Shown: piece by piece, positions 43,371-55,661 of the stretch
Layout: each line of letters starts with the position of its first letter
How positions within the stretch are numbered: the stretch's first letter is position 1
Source of the DNA: Eledone cirrhosa
Taxonomy: Eukaryota
Direction of reading: 5' to 3'
NCBI GenBank assembly: GCA_964016885.1
Contig: OZ024744.1
Coordinates: 68,510,001 to 68,574,000 of the forward strand
DNA length: 64,000 nt
Position numbers and translations under genes: made by a program
The notes under the pieces: model-generated
Seen by the model: only the letters and a program-made list of their open reading frames with translations
Databases searched by the model: none
What the model was told of the DNA's origin: nothing

Positions 43371-43993
43371 TAACAGATTAAAGTTTCAGCAAAGAATCGC
43401 TGCTTTCATCCTTACGGGATCTTCGGAAACTAAAAAAAGTCAATCTGTGAACGCAGAAGTAAATATTTCGAAAAACGTTACACACTATATATTAATATAT
43501 ATATATATATATACACACACACTATATATACATATATACATATATATACACACACACATATAGAGTCATAATGTCGTAATGCAGACAGCCAGACATACAG
43601 ACAGGTATTATAAGGGCGCAATGTTATATCTATGTATCTATCTAAAAAGAAAGACTAAGAATTATAGAGATAGATCGGTAAATCGCCCAATGCGGTCCCT
43701 AGTGCATTGAAAATTTGAAATTTACTTTGCTCAAAATACTCACAGGACCATAAGTATTACATGTGTAAAGTTTGAAAACAATTGGTTGGGTGGTTCTCGA
43801 GTTTTAGGGAGTCAGACAGACAGACATTCTCTGTTTTAGATATATAGACTACCAGAATGACCGGGGGATGCTCGGGATTTGCTCTAGGGTTCTTATATAT
43901 TTGATATATATTTATCCTTATCGAGCCTCGTGAAATAAATAATTTTGTTTATATTTTGTTATTGTGTATGCAAAAATATCTGTACATGAATAT

Positions 43994-44079
<86 letters not shown>

Positions 44080-44208
44080 GTGAGGTTTTTTTTACAAAAT
44101 GAAAAATAACCGAGGTGTCCTACACGAGTGAAAGTATAACGAAAAAAAGATGAAATCGAAAATGCAACTGGAGTCTTATTTTTAAAAAAAATATACATAT
44201 TTATTTGG

Positions 44209-44250
44209 TTCCTTTACCGGTTTCGCAGTTCTTCTGCTTTTCAAACGTAG
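44209..44250 (-). ncRNA. Minimal HHR motif, U3-A8 variant, weak stem I
   Basis: acgt TTGAAAA gcag aagaa ctgc GAA ACCGGT A aagg. Confidence 0.5.
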
Positions 44251-44289
44251 AGTTGAGATGGAGGGTCTGTGGTTTTTATATATATATAT

Positions 44290-45570
44290 AGTGGTTGAAT
44301 ACTGGAAGGTAATATCCGTAGTGGTAGAGCATTCAGTCCATGGGACGAGTTAGGTAGAAGTGGTTACACAACAGTTAGTTCACCATACTGAGAACAATTG
44401 TTTCACCTTAGCGGATCTTCAGCTCGTAATGGGCATGGTTATACGGAACAGGAAGGACAACCGTACGAACGCGCATGTGCAGAAACCCGTCACTTCACAC
44501 AGGCAATACTAAAATGCGTGCGAGGGGTGTAAGGCAGATAACTGCGAAAGTCCAAAAAGTTTTTAGTTGATAAGAAAAAATATTGATGTTATTACAATAA
44601 TTCATTCAATCCGGAGCCGTGTAGTTATGCAATAGGTGTTTCGAGACGTGTGGACAACGTGTGAAAAATTCAATCCTCGTGTTTAGGCAATCACTATTGC
44701 ATAATCTCTTTAGAATATTTATTCGTTCGTCAATACACAGTCCACACGACGGATTTCCCCTTGCGTATGGCTTGGACTTAGTGATGGCTTTCCATTGAAT
44801 GGAGTAGTCTGTACTTGAGTCCTTGAGGGACCATACGTGGCTCGCGAGTTTCGTGGATGAACGTCTGTCCGGGTACCGAAAAGTCGACTGATGGTTCAGG
44901 AAACGTTCTTTAAATCGGCCCTCCGCCATGCTCACATAAGATTTGACCTCCTGTGGTTGGTTTGGTCGGTTGGAAGTGACCACAGCTTCATAAATTACAG
45001 CTGGTGTGTTGCATTGCTGTTGAAGGCGAAAAGCTTCGGGCTTACGGCAAGAGCACCCTGGTGGAGTGTTGCTCCTAGGTGATGTAGGCCTTCATGTTCT
45101 TAGCGCAGGAATATCCAAATTTTACTTTGTGTTGGTTAAAGATGGAGCGGTATTTATGACCTATGGGAAAGTATCTATCTAAGAGGGCTAGAAATGTTTT
45201 GCCTACATTGGTTTTAACGTTGAACTTTTTGCCTACATTGAAATTTTTTGCCTACATTGGTTTTAACGTTGAATTTTTCACACGTTGTCCACACGTCTCG
45301 AAACTAAAAGGCTCCGGATTGAATGAATTATTGTAACACCATCAATATTTTTTCTTATCAACTAAAAACTTTTCGGACTTTCGCAGTTATCTCCCTTACT
45401 CCTCTCGCACGCATTTTAGTATTGCCTGTGTGAAGTGATGGGTTTCTGTGCATGCGCGTTCGTACGGTTGTCCTTCCTGTTCCGTATAACCATGCCCATT
45501 ATGAGCTGAGGATCCGCTAAGGAGAAACAATTGTTCTCAGTCTGGTGAACTAACTGTTGTGTAACCACTT

Positions 45571-45572
<2 letters not shown>
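44290..45572 (-). mobile_element. PLE GIY-YIG fragment with inverted pLTR; HHRs at 44383-44432 (minus) and 45496-45545 (plus)
   Basis: KSYVSMAEGRFKERFLNH..CGLCIDE..RCPH. 45283-45572 inverts 44357-44665. HHR: gag CTGA(A/G)GA tcc gctaa gg(t/a) GAA ACAATTGT T ctc. Confidence 0.85.
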
Positions 45573-45606
<34 letters not shown>

Positions 45607-45607
<1 letters not shown>

Positions 45608-48600
45608 TTTCGTATCTGAATTTGTTTAGCAAGATTCTTTATCTGAAATCGTGTGTTGAAACCGATATTGTTATACTTTGGGAGGGTCATGTTGTCAATG
45701 AGAAACACACGCACCAGTGTCTTTCACTTCAATTTATTATAATAAATTTATAATAAACTTATAAATTTATAAATTTATAAATTTATAAATTTCTGGTTGC
45801 TTGGTTGGTTCCACAACCAGATAGTTGTTTATATATTGTCATAGTTCTTTCGTCACACACTCTGTGACCTCTTCAGTGACTGGGGATTCCTTTCTTTGTT
45901 TCTGTGCCTCTCCTTTGTTCTGTCCTACGCCATTTTGTTTCTGTGTGTGTGTTGTGTGCTCAGTCTGCGCATGCGCCACATCCGGGTGTCTGTGTGTGTT
46001 TATGTTCATTTATTTATTTGTTTATTTACATGTTATTGGTTGGTTGTTTGTTCTATGTGTGTGTGTGTTTTCATTTTGTCCTTAATTGTAAGTTGTGATG
46101 TTGCTGTTCCACTCATATTTTCTATTTAATTTTGGTTGTAATTCTTTTATGTTTATTGCCTCTGTGATTTGTCTAAACATTGCGTCTTTTCTGTGTGTAG
46201 ATTCTATTTTTATTTCTATGTTCTCTAATTTACCCGTGTGTTCTATTTTAGCATGTTGGTAGAGTACAGATGATTCTTTACTATCTTGAAGGTCTCGCCA
46301 GTCTTCATTTATCCGTTCCCCTACACTACGAGCTGTCTCACCTATGTACACTATATTTTTGTCTCTACATTGTCCTTCAGTACATCTTATGCTATACACT
46401 ACATTTCTAGTTTTACAGTTAATATGGGGGATTATTTTACAGGTTATACATTTCTTATCTATACATGAGGGTCTTTGAAAAGGGGATATCTTGCTAATAA
46501 GTGTTTTTACGGAGGTACCTGGTCTTTCTACTATCTTAATATTGAGTTTATGTTTATCTAGGGCCCTTCCAAATTTGTAAGCTAATTCACCTCTATGGGT
46601 TGTATCGATGAACATTACACTCTGGTATTTATTGCTATCATACGATGAGTTTATTCTATTAGACTTGTTCCTAGTTCTTTCTATTCTATTCCAAAATTTG
46701 ATCCTATACAAGGGGCAGGTCCCATTTATGTCATTATTTACCATTTTTTCCCATTTGGTTCTGGCTCCTCTATACACTCTGATTTTATCTCTCTGATTGT
46801 AGCCAGAGAACTGCATACGGTTGATGAAGTGTTGTATGTGTCTCTCTAGTTCTTCGGGGTTGCACATGCGGGACACGTTTCTCATCACCCGTACCAAATC
46901 CGCAATCAGTATGTTGATTTTGGTATGGTCCGAAACGGCCGAGTTTCGGTGGATCAGATGTTTGGAAATCATGGGTTTGGCATAATGGGAATGGAGGATT
47001 TGTTTTTTGTTATTAATGGTATGTAACCAGAGCTTTGTGTCTAGTACAGGTAATCGATGGTTGGGGTGTTTACTTGGGTAGTCTATAGTAACTCTAATGC
47101 TCTGGTGGATGGAGTTAGCTATTTGCTGGATGCTTTCCATTGTGTTTTTCTCTAGTTCCTGACTGTTCTCTAGTGGGGGTGTCTTAACTACGATGTTTAT
47201 ATCATCAACGTAGCGGGAGTACATTATCAGGGTTAAGGGGTATTCTAATTGTTCTTTAAGTTTAAGTTTAAGTCTACTGTCCCACCATACCATGAATAAG
47301 TTAGCTATGTCGCCTGCAATGCTAACACCAATGGCTGCTCCTTCCTCTTGGGCATATGTTTTTCCATTAAATTTGAACATATGTTCCTTAAGGGTTAGTT
47401 TTATGCTGGCCCCTACCGCATGTGCAATCATTTTCTTCAGTTCATCGTGGTTTTCGGGTGTCCGTATGGCTCTGGTCCACCCGTTCCATCTATCTGTGTG
47501 GGTTTTCTTGGCCATTGAAGTAATGGTAGGTGGTCTGCCTCTTGCTGGTCTTGTAGGGCACAGGTTGCTAAGGTCATATGTGTCTAGGTAATTATTACTA
47601 TAGGTAAGTTTAAGTAGGAGTCCCAGCTCACTGGTATCAATCCCACGGAACTCAACATTGCTCTCACTGATCATTTCTACGCATTTCTCCACAGCAAAAT
47701 CCACATCAATAGATGGATACAGGGACACAACATCCATACTACCTATTATGCAGTTTGTTGGGTCCCTAGATTGGTTACTCTCGCCGATTCTGCTGAGGAG
47801 GTCCTCCGTGCTGTCACATACATCTGGGGACATTTCAATGATGGGACGTATGATCAGGGAGAGGAAGTAGGACAGTCTGTAGTTACTAGCAATGTTAGTT
47901 CCACAGACTGGCCGTGTTGGTGGTCCCGCGACAGGGTCACTGCTCGTTTTATGGTCTTTTCGAAGCCCATACAACGCCGGCACGTCATTGTTCCAGGCCT
48001 GGAAGTTGTTGGCAGTCCTTTTGTTGGGCTGCATTATATTCGTCCTCATCACCATATGGGCATTGAGGGATTTTTCTCTATCCTCATGCTCCTGTGGTGT
48101 TACCTCTCTTGTGTTAGTGATGTGGGGTTGCATTGCCTGGATGTAGTTTGGCAGGCTGTCAACCGACATTCTGCCAGACTTGTCTGTTGGAAAGCATGCT
48201 ATCTCTCCATTACGCGAGCGCTGCATGAGCTTACACAAGCCATTTGCAGATTTTTCTCCCAGTTGCTGGGCCTCCATTCTATTATGCTTCTTGCTATACT
48301 GTTCTATAATATTTCTAAGTTCGGATCTAGCTATACTAAATTGTGCTTCTGTTTGTTCATCGACCTGCGACGGCAATTGCGTGCGTTTGTTAAATGGTAA
48401 AGTCGTGGCGTGGACTCGTCGCAGGTCGAACGATTTATCGGAGGGATTATAAAAACTAGAGTTCCAGGCTGCTGCTTTATGTGTACTAGTGCTATTGTTA
48501 TTGTTAGTTGTGTTGTTTCTATTTCTATTTCCACCAACAGCCTCATGGTTGTTTCTATGTCTCTCATAATTACTCCTGTCTCTTTCCACTGGTTCATTGT

Positions 48601-50121
48601 TGTTATCTACCCTATTTTGTGTGTCTGTGTGTTCGTCTTGGTTATTTTCTTTGTCCTTAGTCTCCCTTCTCCTTTTAATCCTATTACTTTCCCTTATTTC
48701 TGTGATTTCTGTGCTACTGTCATTACTTGTTTTCTGTGTCTGTGTGTTTGTTAAGATTGTGGTGGTGGTGAGAGGCATTGAATCTGTGTGTGTTGTTGTT
48801 GTTGATGTGTGCTGTTGTTGATGTGTGTTGTTGTTGTCTCCGTGTGTGTTATTATTGTTGTGTGTGTTGTTATTGTTGTTTGTGTCTGCGTGTCTATTGT
48901 TGTTGTTTCTGGGTATGTTATTATTGTTGTTGTTGTTGGTGTGTGTGTTGTTGTTATTGTTGTTTGTGTCTGTGTGTCTGTTGTTGTTGGGATGTGTGTT
49001 GTATATGTGTGTGCGTATATTGTTGCTTTTGTTTTTGAGGCTCCAGCGTAGTTTTCTAAATGATTTTTCTATTTCTGACAGACAACTAATCATATTTACC
49101 TTCTTGAATGTCGCAAATTTCGGGGGTAGACGTAATACAGATAACTCATCGTCATCTATTACTGTGTTGCCGTATATATTTGTGTTGTTGTTGTTGTTGA
49201 ACTCATCTGTTAATGAGGTGTCGGTCATATTTATACCGTCAATTTTGTCGGGATATCTATTGGTATTCTCTACAGTATCCTGATTTAGCTTTATCTGCTT
49301 AAGCCACTTTAGTTTCTTGTTAAAGTGCTTATCACATTCTTGAGTAATGTACTGTTCTTCAGGACGTATAAGGCTTCTAAATATTAGTTTCTCTCTTGGT
49401 GTGGTGATCCTAGCTATTTCTTGTATTAGGTTACGCTTATGTTTTTCTTGATGACTTAATTCTCTATTGATCTTCTTTTTTATGTTTAGAATTAGTGTTC
49501 GTTTTAGCCTATCTGCTTGTTTTTTGGTGAGTTGTAATCTTCTTACGTCGGTGTTGATGGTGTTGGTGTAAACTCGGGACGAGGCACATTCTTTTATGAA
49601 GTGTAGTTGTCGAGATGTTATGGTTTTTCGTAGACAACAGAACATGGTGGTTTTCAGTATCTTGTTAGCCTGGCTAAGGCTTACGATATTTCGTTTCTGA
49701 ATTTGTTTAGCAAGATTCTTTATCTGAAATCGTGTGTTGAAACCGATATTGTTATACTTAGGGAGGGTCATGTTGCCAATAAGAAACACACGCACCAGTT
49801 GCTTTCACTTCAATTTATTATAATAAATTTATAATAAATTTATAATAAATTTATAAATTTATAAATTTCTGGTTGGTTGGTTGGTTCCACAACCAGATAG
49901 TTGTTTATATATTGTCATAGTTCTTTCGTCACACACTCTGTGACCTCTTCAGTGACTGGGGATTCCTTTCTTTGTTTCTGTGCCTCTCCTTTGTTCTGTC
50001 CTACGCCATTTTGTTTCTGTGTGTGTGTTGTGTGTTCAGTCTGCGCATGCGCCACATCCGGGTGTCTGTGTGTGTTTATGTTCATTTATTTATTTGTTTA
50101 TTTACATGTTACTGGTTGGTT
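45607..50121 (-). mobile_element. Naiad-like PLE copy B, apparently full length, direct pLTRs
   Basis: pLTR 45607-46045 repeats at +4076. The ORF begins inside the 5' pLTR. The 3' end abuts (TA)n. Confidence 0.93.
46082..49795 (-). CDS. PLE polyprotein: N-terminal domain, Asn/Thr/His-rich linker, RT, C-terminal GIY-YIG
   Basis: TDKSG, RPVCG, MDVVSLYPSI, GAAIG, YSRYVDD, LPVLD, CxxxxCxxC, VVYSIRC..YIGETAR..RQITEA..LN. The likely start is the ATG of MTLPKY (~49771). Naiad assignment rests on recalled motif style. Confidence 0.92.
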   Translation of the reverse strand: MRVFLIGNMTLPKYNNIGFNTRFQIKNLAKQIQKRNIVSLSQANKILKTTMFCCLRKTITSRQLHFIKECASSRVYTNTINTDVRRLQLTKKQADRLKRTLILNIKKKINRELSHQEKHKRNLIQEIARITTPREKLIFRSLIRPEEQYITQECDKHFNKKLKWLKQIKLNQDTVENTNRYPDKIDGINMTDTSLTDEFNNNNNTNIYGNTVIDDDELSVLRLPPKFATFKKVNMISCLSEIEKSFRKLRWSLKNKSNNIRTHIYNTHPNNNRHTDTNNNNNNTHTNNNNNNNIPRNNNNRHADTNNNNNTHNNNNTHGDNNNTHQQQHTSTTTTHTDSMPLTTTTILTNTQTQKTSNDSSTEITEIRESNRIKRRRETKDKENNQDEHTDTQNRVDNNNEPVERDRSNYERHRNNHEAVGGNRNRNNTTNNNNSTSTHKAAAWNSSFYNPSDKSFDLRRVHATTLPFNKRTQLPSQVDEQTEAQFSIARSELRNIIEQYSKKHNRMEAQQLGEKSANGLCKLMQRSRNGEIACFPTDKSGRMSVDSLPNYIQAMQPHITNTREVTPQEHEDREKSLNAHMVMRTNIMQPNKRTANNFQAWNNDVPALYGLRKDHKTSSDPVAGPPTRPVCGTNIASNYRLSYFLSLIIRPIIEMSPDVCDSTEDLLSRIGESNQSRDPTNCIIGSMDVVSLYPSIDVDFAVEKCVEMISESNVEFRGIDTSELGLLLKLTYSNNYLDTYDLSNLCPTRPARGRPPTITSMAKKTHTDRWNGWTRAIRTPENHDELKKMIAHAVGASIKLTLKEHMFKFNGKTYAQEEGAAIGVSIAGDIANLFMVWWDSRLKLKLKEQLEYPLTLIMYSRYVDDINIVVKTPPLENSQELEKNTMESIQQIANSIHQSIRVTIDYPSKHPNHRLPVLDTKLWLHTINNKKQILHSHYAKPMISKHLIHRNSAVSDHTKINILIADLVRVMRNVSRMCNPEELERHIQHFINRMQFSGYNQRDKIRVYRGARTKWEKMVNNDINGTCPLYRIKFWNRIERTRNKSNRINSSYDSNKYQSVMFIDTTHRGELAYKFGRALDKHKLNIKIVERPGTSVKTLISKISPFQRPSCIDKKCITCKIIPHINCKTRNVVYSIRCTEGQCRDKNIVYIGETARSVGERINEDWRDLQDSKESSVLYQHAKIEHTGKLENIEIKIESTHRKDAMFRQITEAINIKELQPKLNRKYEWNSNITTYN

Positions 50122-50484
50122 GAATTCCAACTTTGTCTGATTTACTCGTTTTATTTACAATCCTTTAAAATTTATAATGGTATTAGAATGAAATAGTATG
50201 GTAGAATATTAAATGTTAAGTGTTAATTGAACAAGTACTTTCATGCTTTCGCAATCTTCAGGTTCACATTTTGTGGTGACAGTCAAGTTTGCAATTTTCA
50301 ACTGTTGAAAATTGCACACTTCACTGTCACCACACAATAGGAACCTGAAGATTGCGAAAGCATGAAAGTACTTGTTCAATTAACACTTAACATTTAATAT
50401 TCTACCATACTATTTCATTCTAATACCATTATAAATTTTAAATGATTGTAAATAAAACGAGTAAATCAGACAAAGTTGGAATTC
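50122..50484. ncRNA. 363-bp palindrome with two divergent minimal HHRs (50229-50265 minus, 50341-50377 plus)
   Basis: gaac CTGAAGA ttgc gaaa gcat GAA AGTACT T gttc, identical on both arms. Confidence 0.82.
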
Positions 50485-50547
50485 CTTTTATTAATATAAT
50501 CTTCTATACACAATCATACACACCCGTGTATATTTCTCTCCCCCCCC

Positions 50548-50580
<33 letters not shown>

Positions 50581-50625
50581 CTGACGAAACATAAGTCAAT
50601 TGCATGAACCCATAATCCTTTATTT

Positions 50626-50681
50626 ACTGGTATATATATTTCGATGATAGCCAAAGAATGGGCATGACCTCATCAGGCAGT
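50626..50681 (-). ncRNA. HHR motif, diverged relative of 39774
   Basis: actgc CTGATGA ggtcatgcc..ggctatcatc GAA ATATATAT A ccagt. Confidence 0.65.
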
Positions 50682-50776
50682 TAGTCAGTTCTTGTTTGCC
50701 AGCTCTGTGTTTAGGGTGTTGATGGTATCAGAGCCTTGGGACATATGTATATATATATACATATGTATATATATAT

Positions 50777-50848
<72 letters not shown>

Positions 50849-51556
50849 TAAAATAACAGATTAAAGTTTAAGCAAAGAATCGCTGCTTTCACCCTTAACG
50901 GGATCTTCTGAAACTAACAAAGTCAATCTGTAAACGCAGAACTGGATATTTCAAAAAACGTTGCAACTGGAGGAAGACAGGAAGACGATACTTTGGTTCG
51001 TGGAAACGTTCGCTGGCTAAGAACGGGAAAAAACGAATATAATACGTCATTAATAGGAGCGGTGAAAAACAATTACGCGCAAAGACAGAACCACGTTTAT
51101 GGTATAATAGAGGTCATAGACTAATGTTCTCTTAGGTGGTGCATAGAGACGTTCTCTGGCAATGAACGAAAAAACGAAGATAATAAGTCATATGTGGGGC
51201 GTGGAGAACAATAGCACGCAAAGACAAAACCACGTAAATGGTATAGCAGAAATCGTAGACTAAAATTCTAACTAGGAGAGACCAATAACACATATATACC
51301 CTAGAAACGATCGTTAAATAGTGAACTTTTTTTGTTTAATATAAGGAATTGTTTGTTCATTATTTGTTTAATATTTTATCTTGACTCTGTATACCGTTTA
51401 TCTTTCACCGAAATTGGATTTTCATTACATCTCTTCTTTCCATGATATCCGGAATACATTGAGTTCTTCATACGGATTGGACACTACCGTAAACTCTTGG
51501 TAGATTTATCTACATATATATATATATATATATGTACATATATATATATATATATA

Positions 51557-51662
<106 letters not shown>

Positions 51663-52019
51663 GTACATATATATATATATATATATACACTATATATATA
51701 TAGATAGCGACGTCATAATGTCGTAATGCAGATACCCAGATATACAGACAGATATTATAAGGGTGCAACGTTGTATCTATGTATCTATCTAAAAAGAAAG
51801 ACTAAGAATTATAGAGACATATCGCTAAATCGCCCAATGCGGACCCTAGGGCATTGAAAATTTATTTTGCTCAAAACACTCACAGGACCATAATTATCAC
51901 ATATGTAAAGTTTGAAAACAATCGGTTAGGTGGTTCTCGAGTTTTAGGGAGTCAGTCAGACAGACAGACATTCTCTGTTTTAGATATATAGATTACTACA
52001 TATCTAATAATAATAATAA

Positions 52020-52412
52020 TGTTTTCTGATTTCGGCACAAAGCCAACAATTATTTTTGCGGTGGGTGGGGAAGGAAAATTCAAATAAATTGCCCTCAGTG
52101 TATTACTATACTTTATTCTATCGACCCCATAAGGATCAAAGGCAAAGCTAACTTCGGCTGGATTTGAAATCAGAACGCAAAGGGCCGTAACACTATGTCA
52201 CTAAACATGTTGTCCGACGCTCTACCGATTCTGCTAATCCACCACCCATATCTAATATCTAATAATAAAAATAATGGTTTCTGATTTAGGCATAGGGCCA
52301 ACAATTTCTGGGAAGGGAAAATCAATTAAATCCACCCCAGTGCATTACTGGTACTATATTTCATCCATCACGTAAGAGGGAAAGGCACAGCTAAGTTCAG
52401 CGTGATTTAGAG
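52020..52412 (-). mobile_element. Two tandem SINE copies (8039 family)
   Basis: 52020-52246 is complete and 52275-52412 is truncated. Both have (AAT)n tails. Confidence 0.8.
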
Positions 52413-52414
52413 CA

Positions 52415-52451
<37 letters not shown>

Positions 52452-52459
52452 GTAATAAT

Positions 52460-55400
52460 AATAATAAAGAAATGAATGAGAATGAACTTGCCAACTTGAA
52501 GGATGAAATTATGATTGAATGGATGAAAATGAAAGAATCTGACATGGGGCAACGAGACACCCTCCCTAAGATCCAGAACTCCAAACAGAACCAAAAGATA
52601 ATACACAAGACTAACATAATTCTCAAAAACATTATCATCACAAACAAACTAAACATTACTGATTTAAATCATCTCTATTATGCATCGGCTAAAGTCACCA
52701 CTCACTTATGTGGAGTGAAGATGAAAAAACAAAGGAATTCCCACAAGAAATCTACTTGGCAAGAGAACATCAATCGCCAAATAAACCTTCTCCGATCTGA
52801 CAGAAATTTTAACAAACTACAAAGTAGGTGAACATGTTAAACAAACTAAACTTAGAAAATTGAAAAAAAAGTACAGTATATAATCAACATGTGACATAGA
52901 CATGCTGATAGAAATAATCAAGCAAAAAGTGTCGGCCAAAGCTGCTCGTATAAGGCGCTTTGAAAAACGATCTAGATTCTATAAGGACAATAATATGTTC
53001 AAAAACAACCAAAGAAACTTCTACAGAAAAATTGGTAAGTCAACAATAACTGCTAAATCAATACCACCCAAGGAGGAAGTGCAAGAATGCTGGGAAAAGA
53101 TCTGGGCCGAAGAAAAAGTTCATAACATACATGCCCCATGGATAGACAGACAAATGAAAGATACAGCTCACCTTGAGGAACAAATATGGGAAAATATAAC
53201 AGTTGAACAGTTGCGCTTGGCTCTAAGAAAAACCTGCAAATGGAAATCCCCAGGAAAAGACAAAATACAAAACTTTTGGATAAATACCTTCACAGAGTCT
53301 CATGAGCTGTTAGCCCAACTTTACAATGAAATAGTTAAGGAGCCAGAAAAGATACCATCATGGCTAGTTAACGGCATTACATTCCTGCTTCCGAAGAATG
53401 ATGAGACAAACAATCCCAAAAATTACAGACCGATAACTTGCTTGACCACAATGTATAAAATGTTAACATCAGTCCTAACTGAATATACATATGACCACCT
53501 TATAACAAATGACCTATTTCCCATTGAGTAGAAAGGGTGTAAACGAGGCTCATATGGCTGTAAGGATCAGCTTCTGGTTAACAAAATGATACTGGAAGAT
53601 TGTCATAATAGACACAAAAATCTATCGATTGCTTGGATAGATTATAAAAAAGCATTCGATAGTTTGCCACATAGTTGGATTGAAAAATGTTTAGAGATTT
53701 TCAAAATATCCCCCGTTGTCAGGAGGTTTTTGTCATTCAGTATGAAGACATGGAAAACGACACTCCTTTTGAATAGTGAAACAAAATCACTGGAAGCTGG
53801 AGAAGTTAATATTAATTGTGGAATTTTTCAGGGTGACTCTTTATCACCGCTTTTATTCTGCATCGCACTTATACCATTAAGTAAAATGCTCAATGAAACA
53901 AAAAATGGATATAAAGTCTATGACAAAACCATTAATCATCTGTTCTACATGGATGACCTGAAACTATTTGCAAAAAATGATGAACAATTGCAAGGGCTAT
54001 TATCCACTGTGAAGCAGTTCAGTGATGACATTAAAATGGAGTTTGGACTAGATAAATGCGCCAAAGCAACGTTCACCAGAGGAAAGCTGCTGAAGAGTTC
54101 AGACATTAATCTTGATCGGGGGAACGTGATGAGAGAACTTGATCAAGAAAAAACTTACAAATATCTAGGTGTTTGTGAAGGAGACGGAATCAAGCACTCG
54201 AGAATGAGGGAAAGGATAAGGAAGGAATGTTACCGCAGAGTAAGAGCAATCTTAAGAACGGAATTGAATGCAAGGAATAGGATCGATGCCATAAACACGC
54301 TTGCCATACCAGTAGTAACCTACAGTTACAATGTCATCCACTGGTCAAGCACAGAGATCCGTAGGCTCGATACAAAAATTCGAAAATTCTTAACCATGCA
54401 TAGAATGCATCACCCTAAGGCAGATATAGATAGAATATATCTCCCTAGGAAAGAAGGAGGACGTGGGTTAATCCAGTTAGACATTGCGTTGAAAACTGCA
54501 ACAATTGGATTATCTACATATCTAAGGGAATCACATGATTGGATGATCAAACTCGTTTTGAAACACGAAAGCATCAAAAGATCATATTCCATTACAAAAG
54601 ATGCACAAAGATACAGTAATGGACTACAAATTTCAGAAGTCCCATTTACTGCTGAAATGGAAAACACAGAAAAAGCAAAGCAGGTAAAAGTAACTGCAAA
54701 GAAAGAACTGCTACAGAAACTGGCTAAGAAATGGCAAGAAAAGCCTCTGTATGGAAAATACCCAGAGCGAGCTAACAATCCTGATGTTGACAAAACTTTA
54801 ACCCATCAGTGGTTGACATCCTCTGGACTGAAATCGGAGACTGAAGGACTGATTATATCAGCACAAGATCAGTGTCTGACCAACAAAAAATTACCAAGCC
54901 AACATAATAAAAAAATGGATGCAGCCCATTATGCCGTGTATGCAAAAAACAACCAGAGACCATTGACCATATAATTTCAATGTGCAGTCCTATAGCTCCA
55001 ACCGAATACCTAAACAGGCATGACAGAGCTGCACAATACATACATTGGATAATGTGTAAGCATTTTGACCTGCCCCATCAAAAGAATTGGTGGGAGCATC
55101 AACCACCTCCCATACTTGAAAAAGATCACATCTCAATCTTGTGGAACTTTAGCATCCAAACAGACCGAAAAATAGATGCAAATAGACCTGATATAATATT
55201 GAAGGACTTTAAAAAGAGGGTATGCCTGCTAATTGATATGTCCGTTCCAATAGACAAGAATGTATCTATAAAAACATTTGAAAAATTAAGCAAGTATAAG
55301 GACCTGGAGATAGAAATTGGAAAAATGTGGAAATTGAGAACTAAAACAATACCAGTGGTTGTAGGCGCTCTGGGAATGATACCTAAGGGGTCTAATGATT

Positions 55401-55661
55401 ACTTATCGCAGATCCCAGGAAACCCGCGTATAGGAGAAATACAAAAGATAGTACTCATGGGAACTGCCCATATACTAAGGAAGATTCTGTCAATATAAGT
55501 ACATCACAAGTCTAAACACTAAAGATGCATGTGTGAGTATGTATGTTCTTCCTTGAACATGGCGGACCTTGTTGTCTCTTGAGGTCACTGGTTGTGACTT
55601 GGTGATAACTCGTATGAACATAAAGCAAGATAAATGCAACTGTAATAATAATAATAATAAT
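52460..55661 (+). mobile_element. Dong/R4-clade non-LTR retrotransposon (RT + CCHC + restriction-like endonuclease), disrupted
   Basis: [66 protein letters not shown]. Flanked by (AAT)n. Confidence 0.92.

Larger units (their letters stand above)
39526..43848 (-). mobile_element. Non-autonomous Helitron copy 1 with nested inserts
   Basis: 3' hairpin cccgagc..ccggg + CTAG|T at 39526. 5' TC and (ctgt)n at 43848. The internal segment order matches the contiguous copy at ~10700-10950. Confidence 0.7.

Noticed and set aside
46082-49795. Selenocysteine recoding as described for some Naiad PLEs
   Set aside because: The ORF has no in-frame TGA, and I could not identify a SECIS element.
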